Below are positions 39,283-50,435 of a stretch of DNA of 64,000 nt, in pieces. The stretch covers positions 28,520,001-28,584,000 of the forward strand of contig NC_043004.1 in the NCBI RefSeq assembly GCF_006345805.1. Direction: 5' to 3'. The translations under genes were made by a program, and so were the position numbers. Numbering within the stretch: the stretch's first letter is position 1; every line of letters starts with the position of its first letter. The stretch is from Octopus sinensis. Lineage: Eukaryota. Under the pieces are notes generated by a model. It did no database searches. It worked only from the letters and a program-made list of their open reading frames with translations, and had not been told where the DNA came from.

Positions 39283-40128
39283 TACTGGGTGCTGAAATGT
39301 TCCTGGCTTTAAGGGAATCGTGAAAAGGTAGATCTGTTACCTTTACAGGGGAGGCAGAACAGCTATTTAGGAGAAGATCTGCAAGAAATCATCATAGTCT
39401 ACAATATGTTTTTATATCTTTGCAGATTTAACGCATAACAGCAGCTCATACAGGGGATTTTGGTAAAATTGAAGCATCGGCAGTCATGAAGTTTCTCTTT
39501 TTGCAAAGCAAAGGAGAGGTGGAAATCCATGACGAGATGAAGAAAGTCTTGAAGGATGGATGCCCATCTAATTTCGAGGTAATAGATGAGCCCCGATCAA
39601 GACTGTCAACTTCCGCGACCACAGACGACAAAGCCGACGCTATGCACGTCATGATTCACTGGAACCGCCGGATTTCAGCTAAAGTAACAGCTGAGACTCT
39701 GGGGATTCCCCGTGAGAGAGTTAGCCATATCATCCACAACATTCTGGACATAAGAAAACTTTGCACAAAATGGGGGCCGAAATGGCCTGACCGCAGATCA
39801 CAAGCGCATCAGAGTGATATCAAAGCCGATTTGGGACCGGTTTGCAGCGGGAGAGGCTGATTTTATGGCTTATTTAGTCACCATGAATGAAACTTGCCTT
39901 CATCCTCATGATCCGCAGACCAGGCAGCAATGAATGGCGCGACTCCTCAGCGATTCGACGCGTCCCAAGAAGTTTCGGACACATAAGTCATCAGGAAAAA
40001 TTCTGACTACAGTGTTCTGGAACAAAGACGGAGTACCCCTCATAAAATACTTGCCAAAGGGTCGCATCATCAACGCTGAATACTTCATGTCATTTTTGAA
40101 CGAAGCTTTGAAGCACGAACGCTTCAAA
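39283..40128 (+). mobile_element. 3'-truncated mariner transposase pseudogene
   Basis: TIR-like TACTGGGTGCTGAAATGTTCCTGG; ORFs 39486-39860 (RRISAKVTAETLGIPRERVSHIIHNILDIRKLCTKWGPK, cf. WVPK) and 39934-40155 (PKKFRTHKSSGKILTTVFWNKDGVPLIKYLPKGRIINAEY). Confidence 0.9.
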
Positions 40129-40611
40129 CAGATATGTATGTATGTATGTATATAATGTGTGTATGTATGTATGTATATATATATATATATATAGATATAT
40201 ATTATATATATATAATATATATATATATATATTATATATGCATATATACATACACATATGTACATACATACACATATATATATATATATATGCATATATG
40301 GGTACAGGACGTCACAACATGTAAACAACATGAAACAAGGAAACAAAGTTTGGTACGCAAAAAACGCGAGAAACAAATGGAAAACAAGACAAGTAACATA
40401 CATTACGACCCTTCATCAGTTGTCGGTTGTCCATCTACTCCTCATTTCGAGTATTGAAGAACAATCTAAGACTTCGAATTCAGTTGCTCCCACGAACCAA
40501 AATATAATTTGGGATTTGCGGAGGGTCAAAGTTGGTAACAAAAACAGGACAGTGGAGACATACAAGGAAACCGAATGAAAACAAACATGGAGGGTCGTTA
40601 GACCAGACGAG

Positions 40612-40939
40612 AGAACAAACAGTAAATGGTTGTCAATATAGTACTTGGAGTTCCAAATGCCGTAGCGAAGAGCTAAGATACATTCACGTCGGCGGCTATT
40701 AAGGGCAACAAACGCCATTAAAAGCCGTTGAATGAAAGTGAAGTAACTCTAATAGGAGGAAAAAAATGAATAACGTTACTATATTCTTACAATAAATAGA
40801 CATAAAACTTCCTGCGTTTTATTCAAGGGTTTTCCATAGCGTTTGTTGCCATTAATAGCAGACGAAAATGTATGGTAACTCTTCGCTACGAAATTTGAAT
40901 CTTCGAGTTCTATAATGACAACCTTTTATTGTTTGTTCT
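40612..40939. repeat. Inverted repeat with about 125-bp arms and 80-bp spacer
   Basis: 40612-40737 versus 40817-40939 share GCGTTTGTTGCC.TTAATAGC, CTCTTCGCTACG, TGACAACC.TTTA.TGTTTGTTCT. Confidence 0.85.
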
Positions 40940-42321
40940 AAATTATAACATATAAATAATCCTCTATTTCTCTAATATCGAGGTCTCATTCTTTTGTTGT
41001 TACTTTTTATTATTCTTACTTGTTTGTGTGTGTGTGTGTGTGTTGTGTGTGTGTGTGGTGTGTGTGTGTGTGTGTTGTGTGTGTGTGTGCGTGTGTGTGT
41101 ATGAATATGTTTACATACATACATACATACAAGAATGCATTTGTCAAGAGCGCCGGGGATTCCCTTTTTGACATATACTAAAAGCATAATCATGTCCTAA
41201 GTTTAACTGTTTTATTCTTTTATTTTTCATGTTTACGTATAATGCTCCTGCAGTTTATTTCGAAAATGTATGAATGCGTATTTTATTCTGTTTGACTTGA
41301 CTTCATTTACCTTATAATCATTTATATTTTGTATATTTGTTAAATAGCTATATTAAGCCCTTTTTAGGGACTTTGCAAAGAAATATATTTACGAAGGTTT
41401 CGAAAATTATTATGTTGTAAGGCCGTAAGTTTAAATTTTAAAATAGATAACTAACGTTTTAGAGTAGTTTAAATGTAGGGAACGTGCGACATATCGCTTT
41501 ATTTACAATATCTCGCATTTTGTATTATGAAAGATTTAAGTGCATATTTTAACCGCACTTTAGCTGATGAAGAATATAGACGTATGTCAAATTTTACATG
41601 CTTTCAAGCGCTGAGATTTAATTTTGCTTGGAATGAAAAATACTCTAATTTTTTCATGTATGCCTCAATTTATTCTCAGTTCATTCCGCTTACAATTGTT
41701 TTACGTGTTTATTAATTTATGTGTGTGTATAACTATACTTAAAAACAATGTATTTGCATATATATACACACACACACACATACACAGATACTGTGTGTGA
41801 TTATATAATTAGTTTAACATTTAAACTTAGCTCCGGCTATATCGCTTCAGTTTTAATTTTTCCATACAGTAAGTTCTTTTTCCATATATCCGAATGCACG
41901 TAAGTCACAATATTCCGTTCATTTCCTTATACTTCTTAATAAATGAGAAGCAATATTTAGCCACCATTTATGAATATATGGATATGTGAAGGGTATTCAC
42001 TAGGCAGAATTTGTAGGATACCGGACACCATATTTTACGTATTTAATTATACTTCATTAATTTGTTTTTATTTTCTGCCGACATCAACTTTATAAGATAA
42101 AACACTACACTAAATCATGGTCGATTTAATCGACTTTATCCTCCCTAAACCTCATTGCTTTCGTGTCATGTCAGAAATCAATATATGATTATTTACTTGC
42201 TTCTACTTTAACCTTAGCAATATTGCCAGATCTTCACTTAAAATTTTTCCTATTTACTTCTCAAGTTGTTTCTTTGACTAACAAATTTGTTTATGCTTTT
42301 TCTTTTTATTCTATTTTTCAG

Positions 42322-42377
42322 ACAAGACCAAATATTACAAAACCTTGTGTACAAAATGGTACCCGGGCTGTTTTCTA
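42322..42377 (+). CDS. BMI1: BMI1-like exon (56 bp, phase 2 to 1): (R)QDQILQNLVYKMVPGLFS(N)
   Basis: Matches BMI1 [20 protein letters not shown]; tttttcag acceptor, gtaagt donor at 42378; in frame with the 8317-8413 exon. Confidence 0.95.
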
Positions 42378-43325
42378 GTAAGTGCAGCAAACTTTATTTT
42401 TCCCTACATTTTCAATTGATTGTAGTCTGGATTTTTGTTACGTTGTGTAGCTTCAATATCAGAAAGTTCAAGTCAGGTGCGTGTTATAAGAAGAACGACT
42501 TACTGTAATCGATTGATGTGGAATAACATGTTTGAAAAGAACGTAAATTAATCAATAATGTCTAAAATTCGATGTTGAGAAGACACGAAGTCTGCAATAT
42601 ATGTGACCAGATCAATAAAATGCGCTACCTTTAAGAAAGCAACTCCAATAGCTGTTTATCAGTCTGATAGCTCTTATCGACGATATATAACGTATGAAAT
42701 ATATAATGTATGAAATGGAAGTTCGAAAACTGTACCCACTTCAGTTATCACTTGTTTTAAATTTAAAGGTTTCGATGAAATAATAGTATTGCTATTGTTA
42801 GCTTTAAAGATGGCTTGTGTTAGCTTTAAAGATGGCTCAAGCATGGCCATGAAATATTTTTGCATGTCAATAAATGCACTGGCTAATGTTTGCTTCTTTT
42901 GTTAAATACAGTAGGGTACCATTGAGTAAATTTGGCATCTATTTCCAGCTGGTCAGTCTTTTGTATCGACTTATAGCTTACATTTTCAGGGGAATATGTG
43001 TGTAAGGCTTCATTTACAGATGATAGCCCTTCTTTCATAAAGTGTTATCTAAAGGGAGAAACATATTTTGTGATTATAATATTTACTGAGTTTTACATTG
43101 ATAAATAATATAATAAAGGTGAGGTGAATTCTCTAGTTGGTTTGGCACTCTCAAACTTATAGGTCGGGACCCAAATTTAGACGGGCTAGAACACAACATT
43201 TATTGCAAATAAAGCAGAGATATATCAAAATGTTTTTGTACTTGGTTTGCAAAATTCTTAATGTAACCTCGTGTGTTGAAACGTATTTTACTGTATCTAA
43301 TAACCCTCCCAAAGATCTGTTAATA

Positions 43326-43635
43326 ACTAGCAGATACCCGGCGTTTCTCGGGATTAAAATGACATAGTTTTTCATTGTTTTGCTTGTTTCGGTCATGTAA
43401 CTAGGGACATGCTGGAGCACCGTCTTTAGTGAAAGAAATCGACCCCAGGATTTATTCTTTGTCAGCCTAGTACTTATTCTAACGGACTGCTTTGCCAAAC
43501 GACTAAATTACACGAACGTAAACACTGCAATATCGGTTGTCAAGCAATGGTGGGGGTACAAACACACACCTACACTCACACATACACACCCACATATATA
43601 TGTATATACATACATATATTTATATACATGTATAA

Positions 43636-43680
<45 letters not shown>

Positions 43681-44065
43681 GCATAAATATATATGTACAT
43701 GCATATATGTATATATATATATATATATATATACATCTATATATATATACATACGTATATATATATATAAATACATGCGTATATATATATATATGCATAT
43801 AGAAGTTATATACAATAGTGAAAGCATATAATAGTGGAAGTACTACTAAACTGAAAGTATTATCTCATATTACAATGGAAATGTTTGTTTTTGTTTCACT
43901 TTTGACACGTAATACTCAAATAGTGTAAAGACAAGTGATTTCCCGGGCTCGCATTGGGCAAGAAGTTGAAGATGTTTTGGCCCATGACACTGCATGGATC
44001 CTAAGTAAAGCATGTGTAAAATTTGCATGAAATCGGTTGGATAGTTTTCGAGTTTTAGTGATGAA
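43326..44065 (+). mobile_element. Second Helitron-like non-autonomous element, interrupted by a family B SINE fragment and a TA array
   Basis: 5' ACTAGCAGATACCCGGCGTTTCTCGGG; 3' AAATTTGCATGAAATCGGTTGGATAGTTTTCGAGTT. Confidence 0.5.
43365..43570 (-). mobile_element. Family B SINE 3' half
   Basis: CTTGTTTCGGTCATG..CATGCTGGAGCACCGTCTTTAGT..GACCCCAGG matches the family tail. Confidence 0.85.
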
Positions 44066-44678
44066 AATGGAATTCCAAAAATTAGTCACGGTGGTAAAAT
44101 GTTTGGAACTTTAGATATTTAGTGAGAAATTATATTGTCTCAATCTACCAATTCCTTCAAACTTTAAAGTTTTCAAACTATTCTACAGTGTTGCAGCGGA
44201 TCTTTACGATCAGTATATAGGCGATACATTGATAATTTGTTGGAGGTCATTGATAATGCGATTTGTTTTTTTGCAGCACATTAGAAGACTGTATTTACGC
44301 AATACTGGTTGGAAGATGTATATTCTTTGGTCATTTGTTTTTCATCTGCCAACATTGATGGAGTTTCTTCATTTATCTTGTCTTCAGTGAACACTGAAAA
44401 TTTCCATTAATAGCGCGAAAGGTTTTGTGCAATGAAAAAATCGACTTATTAGAAAATAAAATGTATTTACTATGTTGAATCGGACGTATCACATGTATCA
44501 TATGGAACATGCAATACCCCCAGCATAATAATCGCTAGTTATAACTAGCGATTACATAACTATTCAAAGAATCGGAAATTTTTCGTTTATTTTCCCCCTC
44601 TTACTGTCTGTGAAAGATGAGGCACAATGAAATGTCAATAAGATCTATATTTATACACATTACAAGCTTATAAATATG

Positions 44679-44763
<85 letters not shown>

Positions 44764-44788
44764 TTAATATACAATTATTCATAATTGT

Positions 44789-44890
44789 AGTATCCTACGC
44801 TGATGAGAAAAGAAGTTTGGGTAAGGTAGAATTTTCTAATTCTTATGCTTTCCTAAAACTTGATTTCGAAACGTACGTCCGTAGGTGACT
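44789..44890 (+). ncRNA. Type I hammerhead ribozyme; predicted cleavage after C44879
   Basis: Helix I CCTACG(44794-99)/CGTAGG(44880-85); CTGATGA 44800-06; helix II closed by G44807-C44867; GAAA 44868-71; helix III C-[GTAC]-G; GTC triplet 44877-79. All core nucleotides canonical. Confidence 0.85.
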
Positions 44891-45072
44891 TAAAATTGTA
44901 TGATAGATTGCCGTCATTTCATTCTCTCTTACCTGTCTGTGTTTGCCTTTCAAGTGCTGTGTTTTTACTGAGATCTCCCTTTTAGTAGAAAGAATAGCTA
45001 TAACTCTTTGACTGCTATTTCTAAATTCGGTGTGTGGTGAGGCAATTCGTTGCTAAACCCTTAATTGCTTAG

Positions 45073-45209
<137 letters not shown>

Positions 45210-45217
45210 CATATAAT

Positions 45218-45252
<35 letters not shown>

Positions 45253-45688
45253 CTTTATATACATATATATCATATCTCATATATTTTATGTATATTAGTA
45301 TGAATATCGCATTTCTGTGTAGTTTTGAAATTAAAATATTTGGAAATGAAATTTTGAGGAGGATATTTTAAAGACGGTCGTTGAAGTACCAAAGAAATGC
45401 ATGAACTCCAAAATACGAATTTTTTAGAGTGCACCTGACTATATTCTATGTTATATTGAGAGTTCAAGAAAAATCTCTCGCTGAATCATATTTTTTTTAT
45501 TCATTTCGCTCATTAGTCTGCGTCATTTGGAGGCACTAATCAATCAATTGCAGAATGGTACTTATTCTCTCGGTTTCCAAAAAGTGAACTACTAGATTAC
45601 AGGAACGTAAAAGAACAAACAGCGGTTGTTAAGCAGCGAGAGATAACCTCAAAGAAACACGCACGGGCAAAACACACGCACACACACA

Positions 45689-45764
<76 letters not shown>

Positions 45765-45951
45765 TACAAATTTATGTACGTATGTATACGTATATATATA
45801 TAACGTATTCCGCACACATTTTGTCTACCATATTCACTCACATGTTAGTCGGTATTGAGCCGTATAGTGTGGATTGAAAAATTAAACCGGGGTGGGGAGG
45901 CAGCTTGACATTTGCTTATTTATTTAATTATATACTTATTTATTCCTTTAG

Positions 45952-45999
45952 ATGAAATGAAAAGACGACGTGATTATTACATCAAACATCCATGTTCAG
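45952..45999 (+). CDS. BMI1: BMI1-like exon (48 bp, phase 1 to 1): (N)EMKRRRDYYIKHPCS(A)
   Basis: Matches BMI1 NEMKRRRDFYAAHPS; cctttag acceptor, gtaaga donor at 46000; frame preserved. Confidence 0.95.
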
Positions 46000-46949
46000 G
46001 TAAGAACTACGAATCAAGTTTTATTGCTATCATTTCGCGGATGTTCATATCGTTGGACATACTCTTTTTTTTGCTCCGGTTAAAAATAAACTTCTATTAT
46101 CTAATCTATTTCCCTGTACGTCGTGGTAATATATATTTAGTTTTCGAATCTATCTTCCTGTACACGGAAGAAAAATATACTTCTACTTTCTAATCTCTCT
46201 CTCAATCTCTCTCTCTCACTCAATTTCTCTCTCTTACATATATATCTTTCTCCCCCTCTCTCACTCTGACTCTGAATTAAAATTCTTTTTATCGAAGAAG
46301 AGTGGGTGTGAGTTGTTTTTTTTATTACCCACAAGGGGCGAACAAAGAGGGGAAGAGAGTAGATGTGAGTGCTAAAGCAACACATTCGGTTTTTGCTTTC
46401 ATTTTCTTTTTTCTTTTTTTGTTTTTCACAAGGTAATTAATTAAATAATTTCAATGTGAAAGGGTTAGTGACGTAATATGATAATACAAAAATGATAACT
46501 TCACCTTTATTCTACTTTTTAATAATGCTATCGATTATGATCATCAGAAAGTTTTTCCTCACTTGGAAAACAGCACAGACACTTCAAAAAAACAATCGCT
46601 CAAAACAGTACATGCGTCGTGAATTTAGTAAAGTCACACTTATATGGCTAGAACATTTTATATAAATGACAATTACACGTAGCTGTAATACTGTATGGTC
46701 ATATGGTTTAGAAGTTCCCTTTGTAACCATGAAGTTTATGTTCGATCCCACTGAATAGTATCTTATGCGAATGATATTTTCTATAGCTTCGGATCGATCC
46801 TTACTTTGTGAATGAAACTATACAGAAACCCATCGAATTTTGTGTAGCGTTAGTTCGAAAGGTCTTGTCACCCTTGTACCTTGCTGATTCTGAGAATTTC
46901 ATTGAAGATATACGTGACTGTGCTCAACCATTAACTCGTTAAATTAAGA

Positions 46950-47830
46950 TGCAAATAATGCATTTGATACAGAAGTTGAATCTTCATTGTTAAACAAATG
47001 TTGATGCATTCTGTTTCTTTCATATACTAGAATATCTGGTATAGCGTTAACAATGACAGAAAATATAATTTGCTGATATAACATTAATTCCTTACATAAT
47101 CTTGAAAAAAATTTAGACCAAAATTGCTTTTTGCCTAGATTTTTGCATTTGTGGTTGTGTTGTTTTCTCTCAACCTTGTGTTGTTTTCTCTCAACGGTCG
47201 TCTCAGTGGTGGCACATCTGGGCAAGTCTATGTTTTTATAAATATATTTATAGCGGGGAATATTGCAAATCTTCAATCTTGATGGCGTCTCATCACTCAA
47301 AAATGGCCTCCCTGATATAAATCCATCTCCTTATCTTTACCCTTTTGAAACCCAGCTTATTTGGTCTTAGCTATCTTTTTCACCATCTCTTACCGCAACT
47401 TCACTGATCTGTATAAACTCATGCTCTTCTTCGGTGGTATTTTTACCTCCTCTGGCTTATTGTGGACAACTTATCTTCAACAAACTAACTTCAATCAATG
47501 AAAGAAAAGCCATTATGGCGTCGAGATTCACAAGTGACACATAATGTACTAAACAGTTTTAAGATACTTTCTGTCAACATGCCAAAGCTACTTAACTGAA
47601 AGCAAGCCATTTCCTATTTCCAGTGCAATTCTCCTCACATTCCTAAGATTGCACTCTATTATTAATAGATCCCCACTTCCTTGCTGTAGCAAATTTCCCG
47701 TTTACCAAATCTCTGGCATTAACAATAATTAGGGACAACCTCCATATCTTTTATTTCATATCAGCATGTATTATCATTCACACGCTCTCGCATAGGTGTC
47801 TCACCTCCTCTATCATTTGAACTAATTTAT
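46950..47830 (-). mobile_element. Possible decayed LINE endonuclease/inter-domain remnant
   Basis: KQFWSKFF and LIIECNL (cf. NPKxFW, IxGDFN); weak. Confidence 0.3.
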
Positions 47831-48414
47831 CACTGAATGTCGATTCTCTTTAACTTCCGATTTACTTTGTACTTTCCCTGATCAGTTGCATTGGGTGTTT
47901 GTTTTGTTTTTTTGAGCTTGCTGGTAAATTCAGAAATATTATTCAGAAATAGAGTAGCTTTATTAAATTATGATTAACTCTATTTTATATCTAACGTGAA
48001 GTGCTTCAGTATTTACCACGACAAAACTCATCCCTTGTATTCAGTTCTGTTCTATAGTCTGGACGCTAATGGTAAGAAAATTAGTAGGTATATCATAGTA
48101 GCAGGAAATTTACAAACGTGCTAAATGTCAGGCCTTGACTAAGTAATTGGTGACATTTCAGTGTCTTTTAATTTGTGATGTTTATAAATCTATCTAACGT
48201 TGTTCGACTGATATGCCGTCTGTCTTCTTTAGCGTGTCATATAATATAAGGGATAAATATAATATATTTTAAAATTTAGTTGTTTATATGTTATCTTTGT
48301 TTTAGTCTACCATTGATTGTTAGGTTTTATTGCGTAATTTGCCTGATGTACTATTATTGCAAATGACTATTTATAAGAAATATTTTCTAATAATTATTTA
48401 TATCCATTTTACAG

Positions 48415-48550
48415 CCACACACCAACCATGTGGTTCGGTAGACAGTGAAGTGAACGGTCTACTCAAGGCTGGGGAGGGTGCCCGTGCACACGAAAGAATC
48501 ATTTATTCAGAAGATGAAAAGATAAGTTTATCACTGGAATTCAGTTCAAA
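48415..48550 (+). CDS. BMI1: BMI1-like exon (136 bp, phase 1 to 2): (A)THQPCGSVDSEVNGLLKAGEGARAHERIIYSEDEKISLSLEFSS
   Basis: C-terminal part matches BMI1 KRIITDDEIISLSIEFF (start of RAWUL domain); ttttacag acceptor, gtaagt donor at 48551; frame preserved; about 9 codons longer than the human exon as recalled. Confidence 0.92.
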
Positions 48551-48936
48551 GTAAGTGGCGTAAAGTTAATTTTTTTATGCATTTACTTAAGAGAACAAAA
48601 CTAATGCTGTTAGTAATCCGCTCACTCAGATATACATGCATGCATACATACTTATGAAAATATACGAAATTTTCATTTGACTTTCTCATTTTTACATACT
48701 GGCATTTTGCTGAAATTTTTTCTTGAGAACTCTCTCTTCGTGGTAAGGCGATTTGACGTCTATCTTTAGCATATTAGGAGTCCACTTTGGTGGTCATTCC
48801 TCTAAATTTGTATGTAATTTAATTTTTAATCTTCGGATGTTTTAAATATGCTAACCCACTGGTTTTAATTGATTAATATCCATTTCTACTCTCATTATTT
48901 AATTATAAATATATATGTATATATATATGCATATAG

Positions 48937-49345
48937 AAGATACTGGAGGGGCTGGTGCAAACTTTGGAATTGAGGGTTATATCAGACCTCGTTGTCTGAT
49001 ATAACTGGACGTCACTGAACCGTTCCAAAAGTCCCATTTGTCTCATTTAAAATGAGAATCATGTACTGCTTGAGATTCAAAGGCCCACAGCTATTTAACT
49101 CCTTGCCAAAACATCTAAAGGATCTCCATGAGGTGGGGGTAGATATTTTCAAGAAACAACTTGACCTCTCGAATATCCCAGATGAACTAATATCAAGGCA
49201 GGAAACTCAAAAGAGGGCAGTGGTATCGAACTCCCTCCTTCACCAAAAGCCAATCTCATAGAACTGGCCAATTAAAAGGTGATTACACTGGTGGTGCCCC
49301 AGCAGGGCCATAGCCTCAAGGCTGAAACATATAAAAGAAGAATAG
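48937..49345 (+). mobile_element. CR1/L2-group LINE 3' end with stop codon, 3' UTR and tail
   Basis: KILEGLVQNFG...FKGPQLFNSLPKHLKDLHEVGVDIFKKQLD..IPDE..SNSLLHQ*; ends GGTGGTGCCCCAGCAGGGCCATAGCCTCAAGGCTGAAACATATAAAAGAAGAATAGAATAGAA. Confidence 0.85.
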
Positions 49346-49384
49346 AATAGAATGCATATATATATATATATATATATACACATA

Positions 49385-49948
49385 CGTACATACATGGTGG
49401 CTGCCCCCTCGTTATCGAGTATGGCCATTGCACGAAGCTTAATCAATGTTGTTATCGTGCAATGCCTGTGCAAGAAGATATTTTTTAAAGTGAGGAAAGG
49501 CTGTGCACTGAGTCAATCCCACTCACTAAGCAACACCAACCATAATCCGAAAAGAAGAACAAGTCAACATCATCGGTAACCACTGAGCCGCAGGTTTTAT
49601 GTCGGAGTTATCCCAGTTTCCTGAGTTACCTTCTCCTAGAAGGATGCCCTAACAAAGGCTTGGAGTCCTCCACTCCTAATGGTTTAACCGCGCGATTGGG
49701 TGTTCAGTCCGATTATTTCTATGTCCCCGCGCATGATACAGCCTTAAGGCATTTATTGGATGGTCGTTGACTCTCAAGAGTTCCTCCGCCCTTTGACGGG
49801 TTTTGTTTTTCATCCCGCAGGGTGTCCAACAAACACCCTCCTCACCAAACAAGCTTGGTGGGGTTGCCGGTTTAGTCGCCAACGACCCGACCATGCAACA
49901 GGTTGTACTGGGTTACATGTTACCAGTAGCACTCGAAAGTGACCTGAC
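49385..49948 (-). mobile_element. Non-autonomous RTE-derived element (5' UTR motif plus short 3' end, no ORF)
   Basis: Contains GGGCATCCTTCTAGGAGAAGGTAACTC, resembling the recalled RTE 5' UTR motif CTAGGAGAAGG.AAACTC; GC-rich relative to flanks. Confidence 0.45.
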
Positions 49949-50204
49949 ATACATACATACACACATACATAGATATATACATACATACATGCATACATAC
50001 ATACACACATACATACATACACACACATACATACATACATACATACACACACATACACACATACATACATACATACACACACATACATACACATACATAC
50101 ATACATACATACATACATACATACATACATACATACATACATACATACATACATACATACATACATACATGCATACATATATGTATATAAATGGTATTTT
50201 CAAG

Positions 50205-50435
50205 GGCGGTGAGCTGGCAGAATCGTTAGCACACCGGGCGAAATGCCTAGTGGTATTTCGTCTGCCGCTACGTTCTGAGTTCAAATTCCGCCGAGGTCGA
50301 CTTTGCCTTTCATCCTTTCGGGGTCGATAAATTAAGTACCAGTTACACACTGGAGTCGATGTAATCGACTTAATACCTATGTCTGTCCTTGTTTGTCCCC
50401 TCTGTGTTTAGCCCCTTGCGGGTAATAAAGAAATA
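50205..50435 (+). mobile_element. Full-length family C SINE with flanking duplication
   Basis: GGTATTTTCAAG at 50193-50204 and 50436-50447 (partly overlapping the usual tail sequence). Confidence 0.93.

Noticed and set aside
41560-41600. CTGATGA-AGAATATAGACGTATGTC-AAA
   Set aside because: No GAAA, no helix III or I; possibly a decayed pLTR.
44170-44400. Minus-strand Helitron Rep fragment
   Set aside because: Only vague resemblance (IINDLQQII, RIYIF) across frameshifts; not supportable without a search.
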